Positions 31,621 through 41,700 of a DNA stretch of 64,000 nucleotides are shown in pieces. The notes under the pieces are model-generated. The model was given only the letters and a program-made list of their open reading frames with translations, searched no databases and was not told the origin of the DNA. The translations under genes and the position numbers were made by a program. This DNA is from Acidobacteriota bacterium (GTDB taxonomy: Bacteria; Acidobacteriota; Thermoanaerobaculia; Multivoradales; UBA5704): assembly GCA_040005235.1 (NCBI GenBank), contig JBDTZG010000013.1:1-64000 (forward strand), given 5' to 3'. Numbering within the stretch: the first letter of the stretch is position 1; every line of letters starts with the position of its first letter.

Positions 31621-34575
31621 TTGACGATCCACGCGGAACCCATTCGATCCGCCCGCCGGGGGCGAGATCTCCTCGCGGGATTTCTCGCGGCGGCGCTCCT
31701 CGGCGCCTTCGCGGCGGCTCGGCTTGGCGCGGCGCAAGAGGCCGATCGCGATCTCTGCGCCGACGAGGGAACCTTCAGCCGCGCGCTCGCCGATACCGAT
31801 CGCGGAGATCTCGACGCGGCGCGGAAGGGATTCGAAGCGGCACGGGCCTCCTTCAAGCTCGCCCTCGACCTGCCGTGCGAGATCGAATCGCTCTATCGCG
31901 TCGGCCGCCTGCTCAAGAACCAGGGCAAAGCCGATCTGGCGATCGAGGCGTTCGAGGAGGCCTTGCCGCTGGTCGATCGCCTGCTGCCGCTCGCCGCGAA
32001 GGACGCCGACGCAGCTTTGGTCTGCGGCAAGGTCTGGAACCTGCTCGGATTCACCCTGCTCGGCCAAGGCAACATCAAGGACGCCCGCCGCTACATCGAG
32101 CAAGCCGTGGAGCTCGCCCGCTGCTGGCCGGCAGACCCGAGGTTCCCTTATTCCTCTTGGGCGCGGAATCTGGCGAACGTCGAGGCGAAGGCGGGCGACT
32201 TTCCGACCGCACGCCGGCTCTACCTCGAGCTTTTGGCCCTGCCGATTTCCGACGGCTTGGAGATCGCGAGGTTGAACATCCTGCTCGGATTCATCGAATC
32301 GAGCAGCGGCAACGTCGACGACGCGCGCCGCTACCTCGACCAGGCGGAGGGCTTCGCCTTCGACGATCCCCGCATCGGCTGGCAGGTCTGGCACGAGCGC
32401 TGCGCCATCTCCTCGCGCCTCGGTTTGCTCGACGAGGCGCTCGACCAGTGCGCCATCGCGTTGATTAGGGCCAAGTCGGATCCCGACTGGGAGGCCCAGA
32501 CGCTCAATCTTCTCGGCAGCTTGAGCTCCGATCTCGGTTCGTACGAGTCGGCCCTCCAGAGCTTCGCGCGTTCGCGGGAGATTTTCCGCCAACTCAACCT
32601 CGCCGGGCCCGAAAGCAATTCTCTGTGCAACTTCGGCTTCGGCCAGGCGCAGCTGGGCCGGTTCGACGAGGCGCAGAAGAGCTTTGCCGAGGCCGCGAAA
32701 CTCGCCGCCCGAGTGGGCAATTCCGGCAGCGAAGGGTTCGCGCTCTATTTGCAGGGCCGGGTGGCGCTCCAGCGCACGGCCCACGGATCGAGAGCCGAGG
32801 TCCTGGCCGCCCACGCGGTCCTTACAAAGGCGCTCGACCGCATGAGCCAGGCCGGTGACGTTCCCGGACAGGCCGACGCCCAGCTGGAGCTGGCCGGAGC
32901 CGAAACTCGCCTGGGCGACTTCCCCGGCGCGCTCGGACGGCTCGACCTGGCGTTCGCCCTGGCGCAGAAGCTGGAGGATCCGGTACGCCGCGCGGCGGTC
33001 CTCACTCGCCGTGCCGAGATCCTCGCGGAGAGCGGCAAGCTGGAGCCCGGGCTCGCGGCGATCCAAGACGCCGTGCGCGAGATCGACGACCTTCGCACGC
33101 GGGTGGCAAGCCCTCCGCTGCGGGCCACCTTTTTCGCCAGCCGGCGCCGCACCTTCGAGCTGCAAATCGAAATCCTGCTGCGCCTCGCGAAGCTTCATCC
33201 CGATTCCGGCTTCGAGATCCAAGCGTTCGAAGCGAGCGAAGCGGCCCGGGCGCGCAGCCTCCTCGACCTGTTGGTCGAGCGGAGCCTCGCCCAAGGTCGA
33301 AACGCGAATCCGGTACTTGCGGGTCTGGTTCGCCAGGGCCTCGATCTCGACCGCGAGCTGAACCTTGCACAGGCACAGTCGAGAACCGCTCCGGCGGAGC
33401 CGAAACTTCCCGAGCGCGAGCGCCTCGACAGAAGGATCGCGACCCTCGAAGCGAATCTGCAGGAGGTCGAGCGCCGCTTACGCATAACCGATCCGCGATA
33501 CGCCGCGGTGCGCTATGCCCGGGCGCTCGGAGCGCGGGACATCCAGCGCGAGCTGAGCGACCACGAGATCCTGCTCGAGTACGTTTTCGCCGCCGACGCG
33601 GCCTACCTCTTCGCGGTCACTCGAGAGCAGGTCCGCGCCCTGCCGCTGGACCAACCCGCGATCGCGAAGATCCTGCCGCCCTTTCGCGCGCGGCTCGCCG
33701 GAGGACAAGGCCTGGAGCAAGCCCTGCGGATCGACGCCCGGAAACTCTACGATCTCCTGCTCGCTCCGGCTGCGGAGCTACTCACCGGCAAAGACCGTCT
33801 GATCGTGGCCGCCGACGGCGATCTCTATTTCCTTCCTTTCGAGGTTCTCATTTCCCCTGCGCCGCCGGGAGCGTCTCCTTCCTACCTGATCGAAACCAAG
33901 ACGATCTCCTACACCCCCTCCGCCAGCGTGCTCGCGCGGCTCGGGGAGCTTCCGGTGGGCGACGCGTTCGAATTCGTCGGCGTCGCGGTCGGCGATCCGA
34001 AGGATGGCTCGGCCGTTCTCGCGAAGGTCGACGACGAGGTGAGGGGCATTGCGGCGCTCTACCCGGCGGAGCGGAGCCGCCTGCTGCTGGACGGTGCCGC
34101 GACCGAAGCGGGTCTCTCGGGATTGCACGGCGCATTGTCCGGCGCGCGGCGCATCCATTTCGCGACCCACGGCTATCTGTCGGACGATCCGCAGCGGATG
34201 GGCCTGCGCCTCGCGCCCGATCCGTCCGGAGGGGACGGACTGCTGCAAGCTTTCGAGGTTCTGCGCCTCGATCTTCACGCGGACCTCGTCGTGCTCTCCG
34301 CCTGCGAAACGGCGGTCGGCCAACAGGTTCCCGGAGAAGGGGTGATCGGCCTGCCGCGCGCCTTCTTCTACGCCGGAGCGCGCAGCGTCGCGGTCAGTCT
34401 GTGGCGCGCGCCGGACGATGCCACCGCGCGGCTCATGACCTCGTTCTACGGCCATCTGCAACAGGGCCAGGACAAGGCGGAAGCGCTGCGCCAGGCCAAG
34501 CTCGAACAGATTCGCGACCGGCAGCGCCCGTTCCTCTGGGCACCGTTCGTTCTCGTCGGGTCGCCGATACGGTAA
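31621..34575 (+). CDS. TPR-CHAT domain protein (caspase-like clan CD cysteine protease)
   Basis: N-terminal hydrophobic signal-like segment, many TPRs, CHAT motifs DGDLYFLPFEVL, IHFATHG (His), VVLSACET (Cys), GARSVAVSLW, PFLWAPF; TTG 31621 has GGAGG (ORF track start 31558). Confidence 0.92.
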   Translation: MTIHAEPIRSARRGRDLLAGFLAAALLGAFAAARLGAAQEADRDLCADEGTFSRALADTDRGDLDAARKGFEAARASFKLALDLPCEIESLYRVGRLLKNQGKADLAIEAFEEALPLVDRLLPLAAKDADAALVCGKVWNLLGFTLLGQGNIKDARRYIEQAVELARCWPADPRFPYSSWARNLANVEAKAGDFPTARRLYLELLALPISDGLEIARLNILLGFIESSSGNVDDARRYLDQAEGFAFDDPRIGWQVWHERCAISSRLGLLDEALDQCAIALIRAKSDPDWEAQTLNLLGSLSSDLGSYESALQSFARSREIFRQLNLAGPESNSLCNFGFGQAQLGRFDEAQKSFAEAAKLAARVGNSGSEGFALYLQGRVALQRTAHGSRAEVLAAHAVLTKALDRMSQAGDVPGQADAQLELAGAETRLGDFPGALGRLDLAFALAQKLEDPVRRAAVLTRRAEILAESGKLEPGLAAIQDAVREIDDLRTRVASPPLRATFFASRRRTFELQIEILLRLAKLHPDSGFEIQAFEASEAARARSLLDLLVERSLAQGRNANPVLAGLVRQGLDLDRELNLAQAQSRTAPAEPKLPERERLDRRIATLEANLQEVERRLRITDPRYAAVRYARALGARDIQRELSDHEILLEYVFAADAAYLFAVTREQVRALPLDQPAIAKILPPFRARLAGGQGLEQALRIDARKLYDLLLAPAAELLTGKDRLIVAADGDLYFLPFEVLISPAPPGASPSYLIETKTISYTPSASVLARLGELPVGDAFEFVGVAVGDPKDGSAVLAKVDDEVRGIAALYPAERSRLLLDGAATEAGLSGLHGALSGARRIHFATHGYLSDDPQRMGLRLAPDPSGGDGLLQAFEVLRLDLHADLVVLSACETAVGQQVPGEGVIGLPRAFFYAGARSVAVSLWRAPDDATARLMTSFYGHLQQGQDKAEALRQAKLEQIRDRQRPFLWAPFVLVGSPIR

Positions 34576-34599
34576 CCTTTCCGCCAGTTTCAACGCCCA
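34571..34599 (+). promoter_or_regulatory. Candidate ECF promoter GGTAAC-N17-CGCCCA overlapping the CHAT stop codon
   Basis: Resembles the motifs at the sigma genes and points at the small gene starting at 34724. Confidence 0.45.
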
Positions 34600-34723
34600 A
34601 CGGTAGCGTCAGCGAAATTTCTGAGCGACCGCTCCGCGAATCGCGCCCGTCCTGGAGCGCGTCCGAGAACGGAACGCCATTGAACCATCGAACCCCTTGG
34701 TTTGGGGGAGGAGGGAGCAGCAT

Positions 34724-35233
34724 ATGCCCGTAAGCAATGACGACGACACCGGAACGGTTGCCACCGTCGGCAGACCTCGGCCGACTTTGACGTTCGAAAC
34801 GTACGCCCTGTACTCCTCGGCAATCACCGCCGCCGCCTTCGGCCTGGAGCTGGTGCGTTGCGGCGGCCGCTCGCTCGTGGGCGTGATCGGATTCTTTGCC
34901 GCCCTTTTAACCTTCGGCCTGCTGGCTTACGACGTCGGACAGAAGTCGTCGATCCGCGGCGCCAAGACCCGGAGCAATGTCGCCGGCTCGTCACTCGTGC
35001 AGGGTTTCTCGGGTTACGACTTCGGTCCCTCGTTCAGTCTCAGGGTGGGGGAATCCGCTCCGCTGCCGCCCGACTTCGACGCGGGTTGCGTCGTCGTTTT
35101 CTATACCGGGGGCGCCAACAAGGTCGAGACCTCGATCACCGGCGTGGCGAACTGCGACTGCTCGATTCGTTACATCAACAATCCGAACAAGAACATACCC
35201 ACGGACCCGGATCACATCGCCGTCTCGCCTTAG
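34724..35233 (+). CDS. Hypothetical protein (hydrophobic N-half, Cys-containing C-half)
   Basis: 169 aa, strong RBS GGAGGAGG, GC-rich third positions; no family recognised. Confidence 0.7.
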   Translation: MPVSNDDDTGTVATVGRPRPTLTFETYALYSSAITAAAFGLELVRCGGRSLVGVIGFFAALLTFGLLAYDVGQKSSIRGAKTRSNVAGSSLVQGFSGYDFGPSFSLRVGESAPLPPDFDAGCVVVFYTGGANKVETSITGVANCDCSIRYINNPNKNIPTDPDHIAVSP

Positions 35234-35325
35234 GACCGCTCCGGCCCCGGCCCGGCCGGGAAGACGTCCCCGCTCCCCTCGGTTATAGTCCCCGCCTTCA
35301 TCTGGACGGAACCGAGGGGAGCTGC

Positions 35326-37458
35326 ATGTCCGAGACGTCTCAATTGATGCGCAAGCTGAACGAGCTGGCGCAGAATCTTTGGTGGTCCTGGCGGCCGGAG
35401 ATCCGGTCGATCTTTCGCGAGCTCGATCCGGACGCCTGGCGAGCGGTCTACCACAACCCCGTCGCGATGCTCCATCGCCTGGACGACGCGAGCGTCGCAC
35501 AGCGTGTCTCGTCGCTCGAAATGCAGACGCGCATCGATCAAGCGCATCGCCGGCTGACCGAATACCTGCGCGGCGGAGACGGCTGGGGCGCCGTCCATGC
35601 CTCGGCGCTGCTGGCGCGGCCGGTCGCTTATTTTTCCGCCGAATTCGGCCTTCACCAGTCGATCCCGGTCTACTCGGGCGGCCTGGGCGTTCTCGCCGGG
35701 GATCACCTCAAGAGCCTGAGCGACCTCGGGGTGCCGGTAGTCGGCGTCGGTCTGCTCTACCACCAGGGATACGTCCACCAGCTGATCGACGCGGTGGGCG
35801 ACCAGCAGGATTACTACGAGCCGGTCGACTCCGCGCTGCTGCCGATCTCGCCGGTCCAGGGTCCCGACGCCCTTGCCGTCCGGGTCGCCGTCGAGCTGCC
35901 TGGCCGGATCGTCCATCTGCGGATCTGGCGCGTCGCGGTCGGCCGCTGCACCCTCCTGCTGCTCGACGCCCGGCACGACGAGAACAGCGAAGAGGACAGC
36001 TCGCTCACCGACCGGCTCTACGGCGGCGACACCGAGACCCGCATTCAGCAGGAGGTGTTGCTGGGGGTGGGCGGCTGCCGCGCGCTGGCGGCGATCGGCA
36101 TCCACCCTTCGGTGCTTCACCTGAACGAGGGGCATTCCGCGTTCGCCCTGCTCGAATGGGCGCACCAGATCGCGGCGAACCAGGGGCTGTCGGCCAAAGA
36201 AGCCCTGCGCGAAGTGGCGGCGATGTCGGTCTTCACGACCCATACTCCCGTCGAAGCCGGGCACGACCGATTCGATCCGAGCCTCGCCGCCCGCTATCTG
36301 GAGCCGCTGTTTCCGGCACTCGGGCTGAAGCCCATGGAGCTGGTCGCCCTCGGACTCGAAAAACCGGCCGATCCGGATTCGCTGTTCTGCCCCACCGCCC
36401 TCGCGCTCAACCTGACCCGCAAGGCGAACGGCGTCTCCGCGCTCCACGGCCGGGTGTCGCGCAAGATGTGGCATCACCTCTATCCGGGCAAGACCGAAGA
36501 AGAGGTGCCGATCGGCCACATCACAAACGGCGTCCACGTCCGCACCTGGATCGCCTCGGCAATGCACCAGCTCCTGGTCCGCCACCTGAGCGCCGATTGG
36601 ACCGAGAAGATGGCGCACCGCGACCTGTGGGAGCGGATCGAGGAGGTGCCGGACGCGGAGATCTGGGAGGTCCACCAGGTGCTCAAAGGGCGGATGGTCG
36701 AATTCGTCCGCGGCCGGCTCGCCGAACGCCGCCAGCGGGTCAAGCTGCCCGATCCGGAACGAACGCCGCTCGGCACCGAGACGCTCACCCTCGGCTTCGC
36801 CCGCCGCTTCGCCACCTACAAGCGAGCCGATCTGCTGCTGACCGACACCGACCGCCTGGCCCGCTTGGTCGGCGACCCGGCCCGGCCGCTCCAGATCGTC
36901 TACGCCGGCAAAGCCCACCCGCGCGACGAAGCAGGCAAGGAGCTGGTGCGGAAGGTTTCGCACCTCGAAAACGACCCCCGCTTCGCCGGCCGCGTCGTCC
37001 TGGTCGAAAACTATTCGATGCACGTCGCCCGGCAGCTGGTCCAAGGGGTGGACGTCTGGGTGAACACCCCCCGCCGCCCGAACGAAGCCTGCGGCACCAG
37101 CGGCCAGAAATGCATCCTGAACGGCGTGCTGAACCTCTCGATCCTCGACGGCTGGTGGGCCGAAGGCTACGACGGAGCGAACGGCTTCGCGATCGGCCAC
37201 GGCGAAAGCCACAAGGACCCCGAAATCCAAGACGCCCGCGACGCCGAGTCGCTCTACCAGGTGCTCGAACAGCAGGTGATCCCCCTCTACTACCAGCGCG
37301 ACGACGAAAACCTCCCCCGCGCCTGGATCCAGAGGGTCAAACGAGCCATCCACACAATGGCCTGGCGCTTCAACGCCGACCGCATGGTGAGGGACTACGT
37401 CGAAGAGTGCTACCTGCCCGCCGCGGGCGGGGGGACGTGCCGGATGCCGGGCCGGTAA
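35326..37458 (+). CDS. glgP: Alpha-glucan (glycogen/maltodextrin) phosphorylase
   Basis: NLWWSW, AYFSAEFG, YSGGLGVLAGDHLK, HLNEGH, FARRFATYKRA, EACGTSGQK PLP site. Confidence 0.96.
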   Translation: MSETSQLMRKLNELAQNLWWSWRPEIRSIFRELDPDAWRAVYHNPVAMLHRLDDASVAQRVSSLEMQTRIDQAHRRLTEYLRGGDGWGAVHASALLARPVAYFSAEFGLHQSIPVYSGGLGVLAGDHLKSLSDLGVPVVGVGLLYHQGYVHQLIDAVGDQQDYYEPVDSALLPISPVQGPDALAVRVAVELPGRIVHLRIWRVAVGRCTLLLLDARHDENSEEDSSLTDRLYGGDTETRIQQEVLLGVGGCRALAAIGIHPSVLHLNEGHSAFALLEWAHQIAANQGLSAKEALREVAAMSVFTTHTPVEAGHDRFDPSLAARYLEPLFPALGLKPMELVALGLEKPADPDSLFCPTALALNLTRKANGVSALHGRVSRKMWHHLYPGKTEEEVPIGHITNGVHVRTWIASAMHQLLVRHLSADWTEKMAHRDLWERIEEVPDAEIWEVHQVLKGRMVEFVRGRLAERRQRVKLPDPERTPLGTETLTLGFARRFATYKRADLLLTDTDRLARLVGDPARPLQIVYAGKAHPRDEAGKELVRKVSHLENDPRFAGRVVLVENYSMHVARQLVQGVDVWVNTPRRPNEACGTSGQKCILNGVLNLSILDGWWAEGYDGANGFAIGHGESHKDPEIQDARDAESLYQVLEQQVIPLYYQRDDENLPRAWIQRVKRAIHTMAWRFNADRMVRDYVEECYLPAAGGGTCRMPGR

Positions 37459-37718
37459 ATCCTTTCCTGGGCGCGCGATGCGCCAGCGGGTCGGCGGTCG
37501 GCTGGAGGAAATCGGCCCTCCGCTCGACGAGAACCGCGGTGGTCCCGCGATGAGCTTTAGCTATGACCGGGGTAGTCACGCGCTAACCCGGCGGAGACCT
37601 TCGGCCCGCTGCCGGTGTCGGATGCGCTGGGCGGATTTCGCGCTGAGTGATCCGGTTCGGGTCTTCGCGCCGGACCCGCCCAGCGCTCAGAAAGAGATCG
37701 ATGCGCTACACTCCCCTC

Positions 37719-37952
37719 ATGGGCGCACCGCTGACCATTTCCACCGATAAAAAGCTTCGAGAAGCTCTGGAGCAGCGCGCGGCTTCTCAGGGGAAGACCG
37801 TTCCCGAGGTCGCTCGGGAAATCCTCGTCGATGCCGTTGAGGAACGCCCCTTGGGTGAGCGGATCGGGCACCTTCGAGGTCGGCTCGACCTGAGCTCTGC
37901 CGCCTCAGACTCCCGGCGCCAAGAGATCAAAGAGCGAAACTGGCGTCCTTGA
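37719..37952 (+). CDS. Ribbon-helix-helix antitoxin (VapB/FitA-like)
   Basis: 77 aa, LTIS...LREALEQRAASQGKTVPEVAREIL, ends IKERNWRP; stop overlaps the PIN gene start. Confidence 0.78.
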   Translation: MGAPLTISTDKKLREALEQRAASQGKTVPEVAREILVDAVEERPLGERIGHLRGRLDLSSAASDSRRQEIKERNWRP

Positions 37953-38200
37953 GAGCCTGCCTCCTCGATACCGGTCCCCTCGTGGCCTATCTTGACGCCT
38001 CCGAGCCAAGGCATTCGGAGGTTTCTGATCTTATCGACAGTTTTTCCGGAAAGCTCTACACGACCAGCGCCGTGATCGGCGAGTCGATGTATTTCCTCTC
38101 ATCTGTCAGGCACGGACCTCGGTTCTTGGCGGAATTCGTCGCGGCGAGCGGACTTCTGGTCTACGACCTCAGTGGCGCCGTCGATCTCGCCGAAGCGTCA
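37949..38200 (+). pseudogene. vapC: PIN-domain VapC toxin, C-terminally truncated
   Basis: LLDTGPLVAYLD...TTSAVIGE PIN N-half; similarity stops near residue 83 and the D.AD / T.D catalytic half is missing (ORF drifts to a stop at 38293). Confidence 0.7.
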
Positions 38201-38210
38201 CGCAGACCGT

Positions 38211-38438
38211 GTGCAATCCCCCGCCACGAAAGCTCCCGAACGCCGCCCGTCTCGGGAAGGCAAGGTCCGGAAGGAGTTCTGGCTGGACCCTAAGACGTTA
38301 CGCCGCGCTCAGTCGATTTTGGGCACGGCAACCGATCGCGAAACCGTCGAGGCGGCACTCGATATGGTCGCGTTCCGGCGTGAGCTTCTCGAAGGAACTC
38401 GGGCGCTTGCAGGGCTCCAGATCGATCCGGTCCGTTAG
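38211..38438 (+). CDS. Second VapB-like antitoxin with no downstream toxin
   Basis: RKEFWLDPKTLRRAQSILGTATDRETVEAALD matches the VapB pattern; start uncertain. Confidence 0.65.
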   Translation: MQSPATKAPERRPSREGKVRKEFWLDPKTLRRAQSILGTATDRETVEAALDMVAFRRELLEGTRALAGLQIDPVR

Positions 38439-38496
38439 GCACGGGGTCCAGCGAGGCAACATCGGCCGAGAAAGTGCTGGAGTGGACCCTCCGACC

Positions 38497-38756
38497 CACT
38501 GCAAGCGGCGGTTGAATCCGGTGCATTCGACGACGCGATGCGGTGGAATCTGCGGCGGTTTCGGTGCAATTGACGAACGCTTCTACCGCAAGCGATCCTT
38601 GCTTCCACTACATCCCTCGTCGCTTCCGGTGGAATTTGCGGCAGATTCTACTGGAATGGATCACCGCTTCCGGTGGAATCGCGGCCGTTTCTAGTGGAAT
38701 CGATCATCGCTTCCACTTAAATCTGCGGCCGCTTCCACCGGAAGCTGCGTCGAAGG
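38497..38756. repeat. Degenerate tandem repeat, about 12 units of 22/22/21 bp
   Basis: Units such as CGGTGGAATTTGCGGCAGATTC, TACTGGAATGGATCACCGCTTC, CGGTGGAATCGCGGCCGTTTC, TAGTGGAATCGATCATCGCTTC, CACTTAAATCTGCGGCCGCTTC. Confidence 0.8.
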
Positions 38757-38760
38757 TTTT

Positions 38761-41700
38761 CTACCCCTGCACGAAGTACCCGAAGTACTGCCGACTCCAC
38801 CGCTGGACGGTGACCGTGGGGTTGCCGCAGGCGGGCTCCGCCCGCAGCACGCGCACCTGCGCCAAGCCGATCGGGCAGGTCTGCGGGATCACCACGTCGA
38901 GGTGTTTGCCGTCGGTGCCGATGGCGGTGGTTACGGCCTGCTCGCAGATTGCGCCGCCGGCAAAGCGGAACTGGACTTTGAGCACGCCGGTCAGCTCGAT
39001 GCCTTCGAGCCGGATCTTCGCGCGGCGGATCGAGCCTACGCGCGGCCAGATTTCGGTCACCACCGGGCGGCCGGAGTCGGCCGGGCGGTCGTTGCGCCAG
39101 AAGGTGACGCGGTCGCCGAACGGGTCGTTGGCGAGATCGAGGTCGCCGTCCTCGTCGATGTCCAAGGCGACCAGATCCTGCGAGTCGGTCGAGCGGCGGT
39201 ATTGGGTGAGGATCGTCGGGGTGATGTCGGTGAACGTTCCCGGCGGCGGCGAATCGGCCGAGGTGATCAGGCCGTCGCCGTTTGAATCGACTCCGTTGTT
39301 CATCAGCACACGTGGCAGGTCGTTCACCACCTGGTAGATCAGGTCGAGGTCGCCGTCGCCGTCGAGGTCGGCGAACGCGGGGAACATCGCCTGGTCCATG
39401 CCCGGCGTCGGGTTGCCGGCCGGGTCGGTGGGCGCCGTGTGGATCACCGGCGAGAGCGAGCCGAGGGGCATGCGGGTCTGGAATTCGTCGACCATTCCGC
39501 CGGTGGTGGCGATTTTGTTGATCAACAGCCAGGGGTAGTTGGTCCGGGCGCCTGCGGCGTAGTGGGCGATCGCGACGTCGGAATCGCCGTCGTTGTCCAG
39601 GTCGCCCTGGGCGATGCCGAACGAGCCGCAGGAGATGTAGGACGTGTCGCCCAAAACCTGATCGGTACAGGCGGCGGGCAGCACCGTCGCCGACGATTCG
39701 GTGAGGGTGCCTTTGGGGGTTCCGACCCCGTTTAAGAACAGCAGGTCTTTCGTCTGGGAGACGCTCGTCATCTCGGCCGCGGTCTTGGCGAAGCCGAGGG
39801 TGGTGAACAGGTCGAGCGCGCCGTTGTTGTCGAAATCGGCGAGCAGGTCCATCCCCAGGCCGCGGTTCCAGGCCGGATCGTAGGTGCCGGACGTCGTGCG
39901 CATCTGGGTCGGGGCTACGTCCTTGAACCAGTGAGCGCCGGCGCCGGCCGTGCCGATGACGTTCTTCAAATAGCGCCAGCCGAAGGCGTACGTGCCGATC
40001 GGGTTGGGAAAGAGCGGCGGGGCGACCATGGGCACCGGCCCCGAATAGCCGCTCGGCAGGATCTCGAACAGATGGACGATCGCGTCGACGTCGCCGTCGT
40101 TGTCGAGATCGCCCGCGACCGCCCGGTCACCGATGCCCGGCAGCGGCAGCGAGGTGCGACCGTTCGGGTCGATCCTCGCGTCCTCGGTCGTGCAGGACGA
40201 GGCGGTGTAGAGCGAATCGAAGCCGAAAGTGCCGCTGCCGGAATTGACCAGGACGATCGAATCCGGACTCGTGTCGACGCAATACGGCCAGGCCGGCGTG
40301 CGCTGCGAGGCGAGCAGCGCGTCCACGTCACCGTCCCGGTCGAAATCGGCGAACACGCCGTCTTCCATCCCCTGCGGGATCTGCCGGCCGCGCTTGTTGC
40401 TGGTCTGGCCCGTGCCGCCGAAGGGAGAAGCGTAGTCCTCGTGCTCCGCTTCGATCGCCCCCGCGATGCTGCCGACCAGGTAGTTGTAACCGCGCGAGGT
40501 TTGGAGCGCGTCAAGCGCGCCGTCGCCGTTCCAATCTGCGAAGTCGAAGCCATAGCCATGCTCGGTGCCCGGCATGGTCTGGTAGCTCTTGAAGCCGATG
40601 AAGCCGCCACTGAAATCCCACGGCTGGCCGGCTGTGGCGCCGGGGCCGTTGCCGAGGTTCGAGTGGAGATCGGGCAGCACGCCGCTCCAGCGGTTGCCGT
40701 TCCCCTCGAACAGATCCTTGAAGCCGTTGTTGTCGAAGTCGGCGACCGCCACGGTCTTCGCCGACTGCGTGGGAAAGGCCGTGTACGGCTGCAAGGTGGG
40801 AAACCCGGAGGTCCAATTCGCCTTGTTGGTCATCACGTAGACGCGGCTCGAGGCGCCGGTGAAGGTGTCGTGCTTGAGCAGGTCGCGTTGCGAAACGATG
40901 ACCAGGTCGAGCCAGCCGTCGGGCGCGTTGCCGGAAAGCGTCGGCGGATTCGTCGCCGGCCCGAACAGGTCGACCAGCAGCACCTGCTGGGTGAGCGGTG
41001 CCGTCACCACGTGCTCGGTGGGAAAATTCGGCGCGTTCGTGTCGAGGATCGGGTTCATGAAATCGGTGAACGAATCGAGCGTTCCGCCGAACGAGACGTC
41101 GTTGGCGAAGATCTCCATCAGGTGATCCTCGGCAGGGGTGAGCACGAGGTTCTGGCTGAAGCCGTCCGAACCGGCATTGCCCAGCACGATCTCGGGCCAG
41201 CCGTCTCTGTTCAGATCGCCGAGGGCGACGCTCCGGCTGTCGGATTGCACTCCCGAGGCGAGGGGCACCACCTTGAAGTTGCCGCTGCCGTTGTTGATCA
41301 GAACGTAGTCTTCGCTTTCGGCGCCGCAACCGGCGCTGGCGCAACGGTTGGCGACCGCTAGGTCGAGATCGCCATCCTGGTCGAGATCGATCGCCGCCAC
41401 GTCGTTGGTCGCGCGGGAAAGCTCGCCCGGAATCCGGGTCGCCGTCTCGTCCTTGAAGCATCCCGTGCCGTCGTTGATCAAGAGGACATTGGTGGCGCCC
41501 TTATAGTTGTCGCCTTGACGGCCGATGTAGAGGTCGGCCCAGCCGTCGCCGTTTAGATCCTTGTACACGACGCCCGAGCTATTGCCGGCGGTGGCCGAGA
41601 CGGGGATGCGCGGTCCGGTCGAACAGGTATCCTGCGAGATGTCGCCCCAACGGCCGGTCGCCGGATCGCGGCGCATCAGCAGGTCGGTCTGCGCTTGGGC

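Noticed and set aside
31621-34575. Type III-E CRISPR-associated protease (Craspase) locus
   Set aside because: No Cas7-11, Csx30/31 or array is seen; only an analogy is claimed.
38497-38756. Possible CRISPR array
   Set aside because: Units are contiguous and degenerate with no unique spacers, and no cas genes are in the window.
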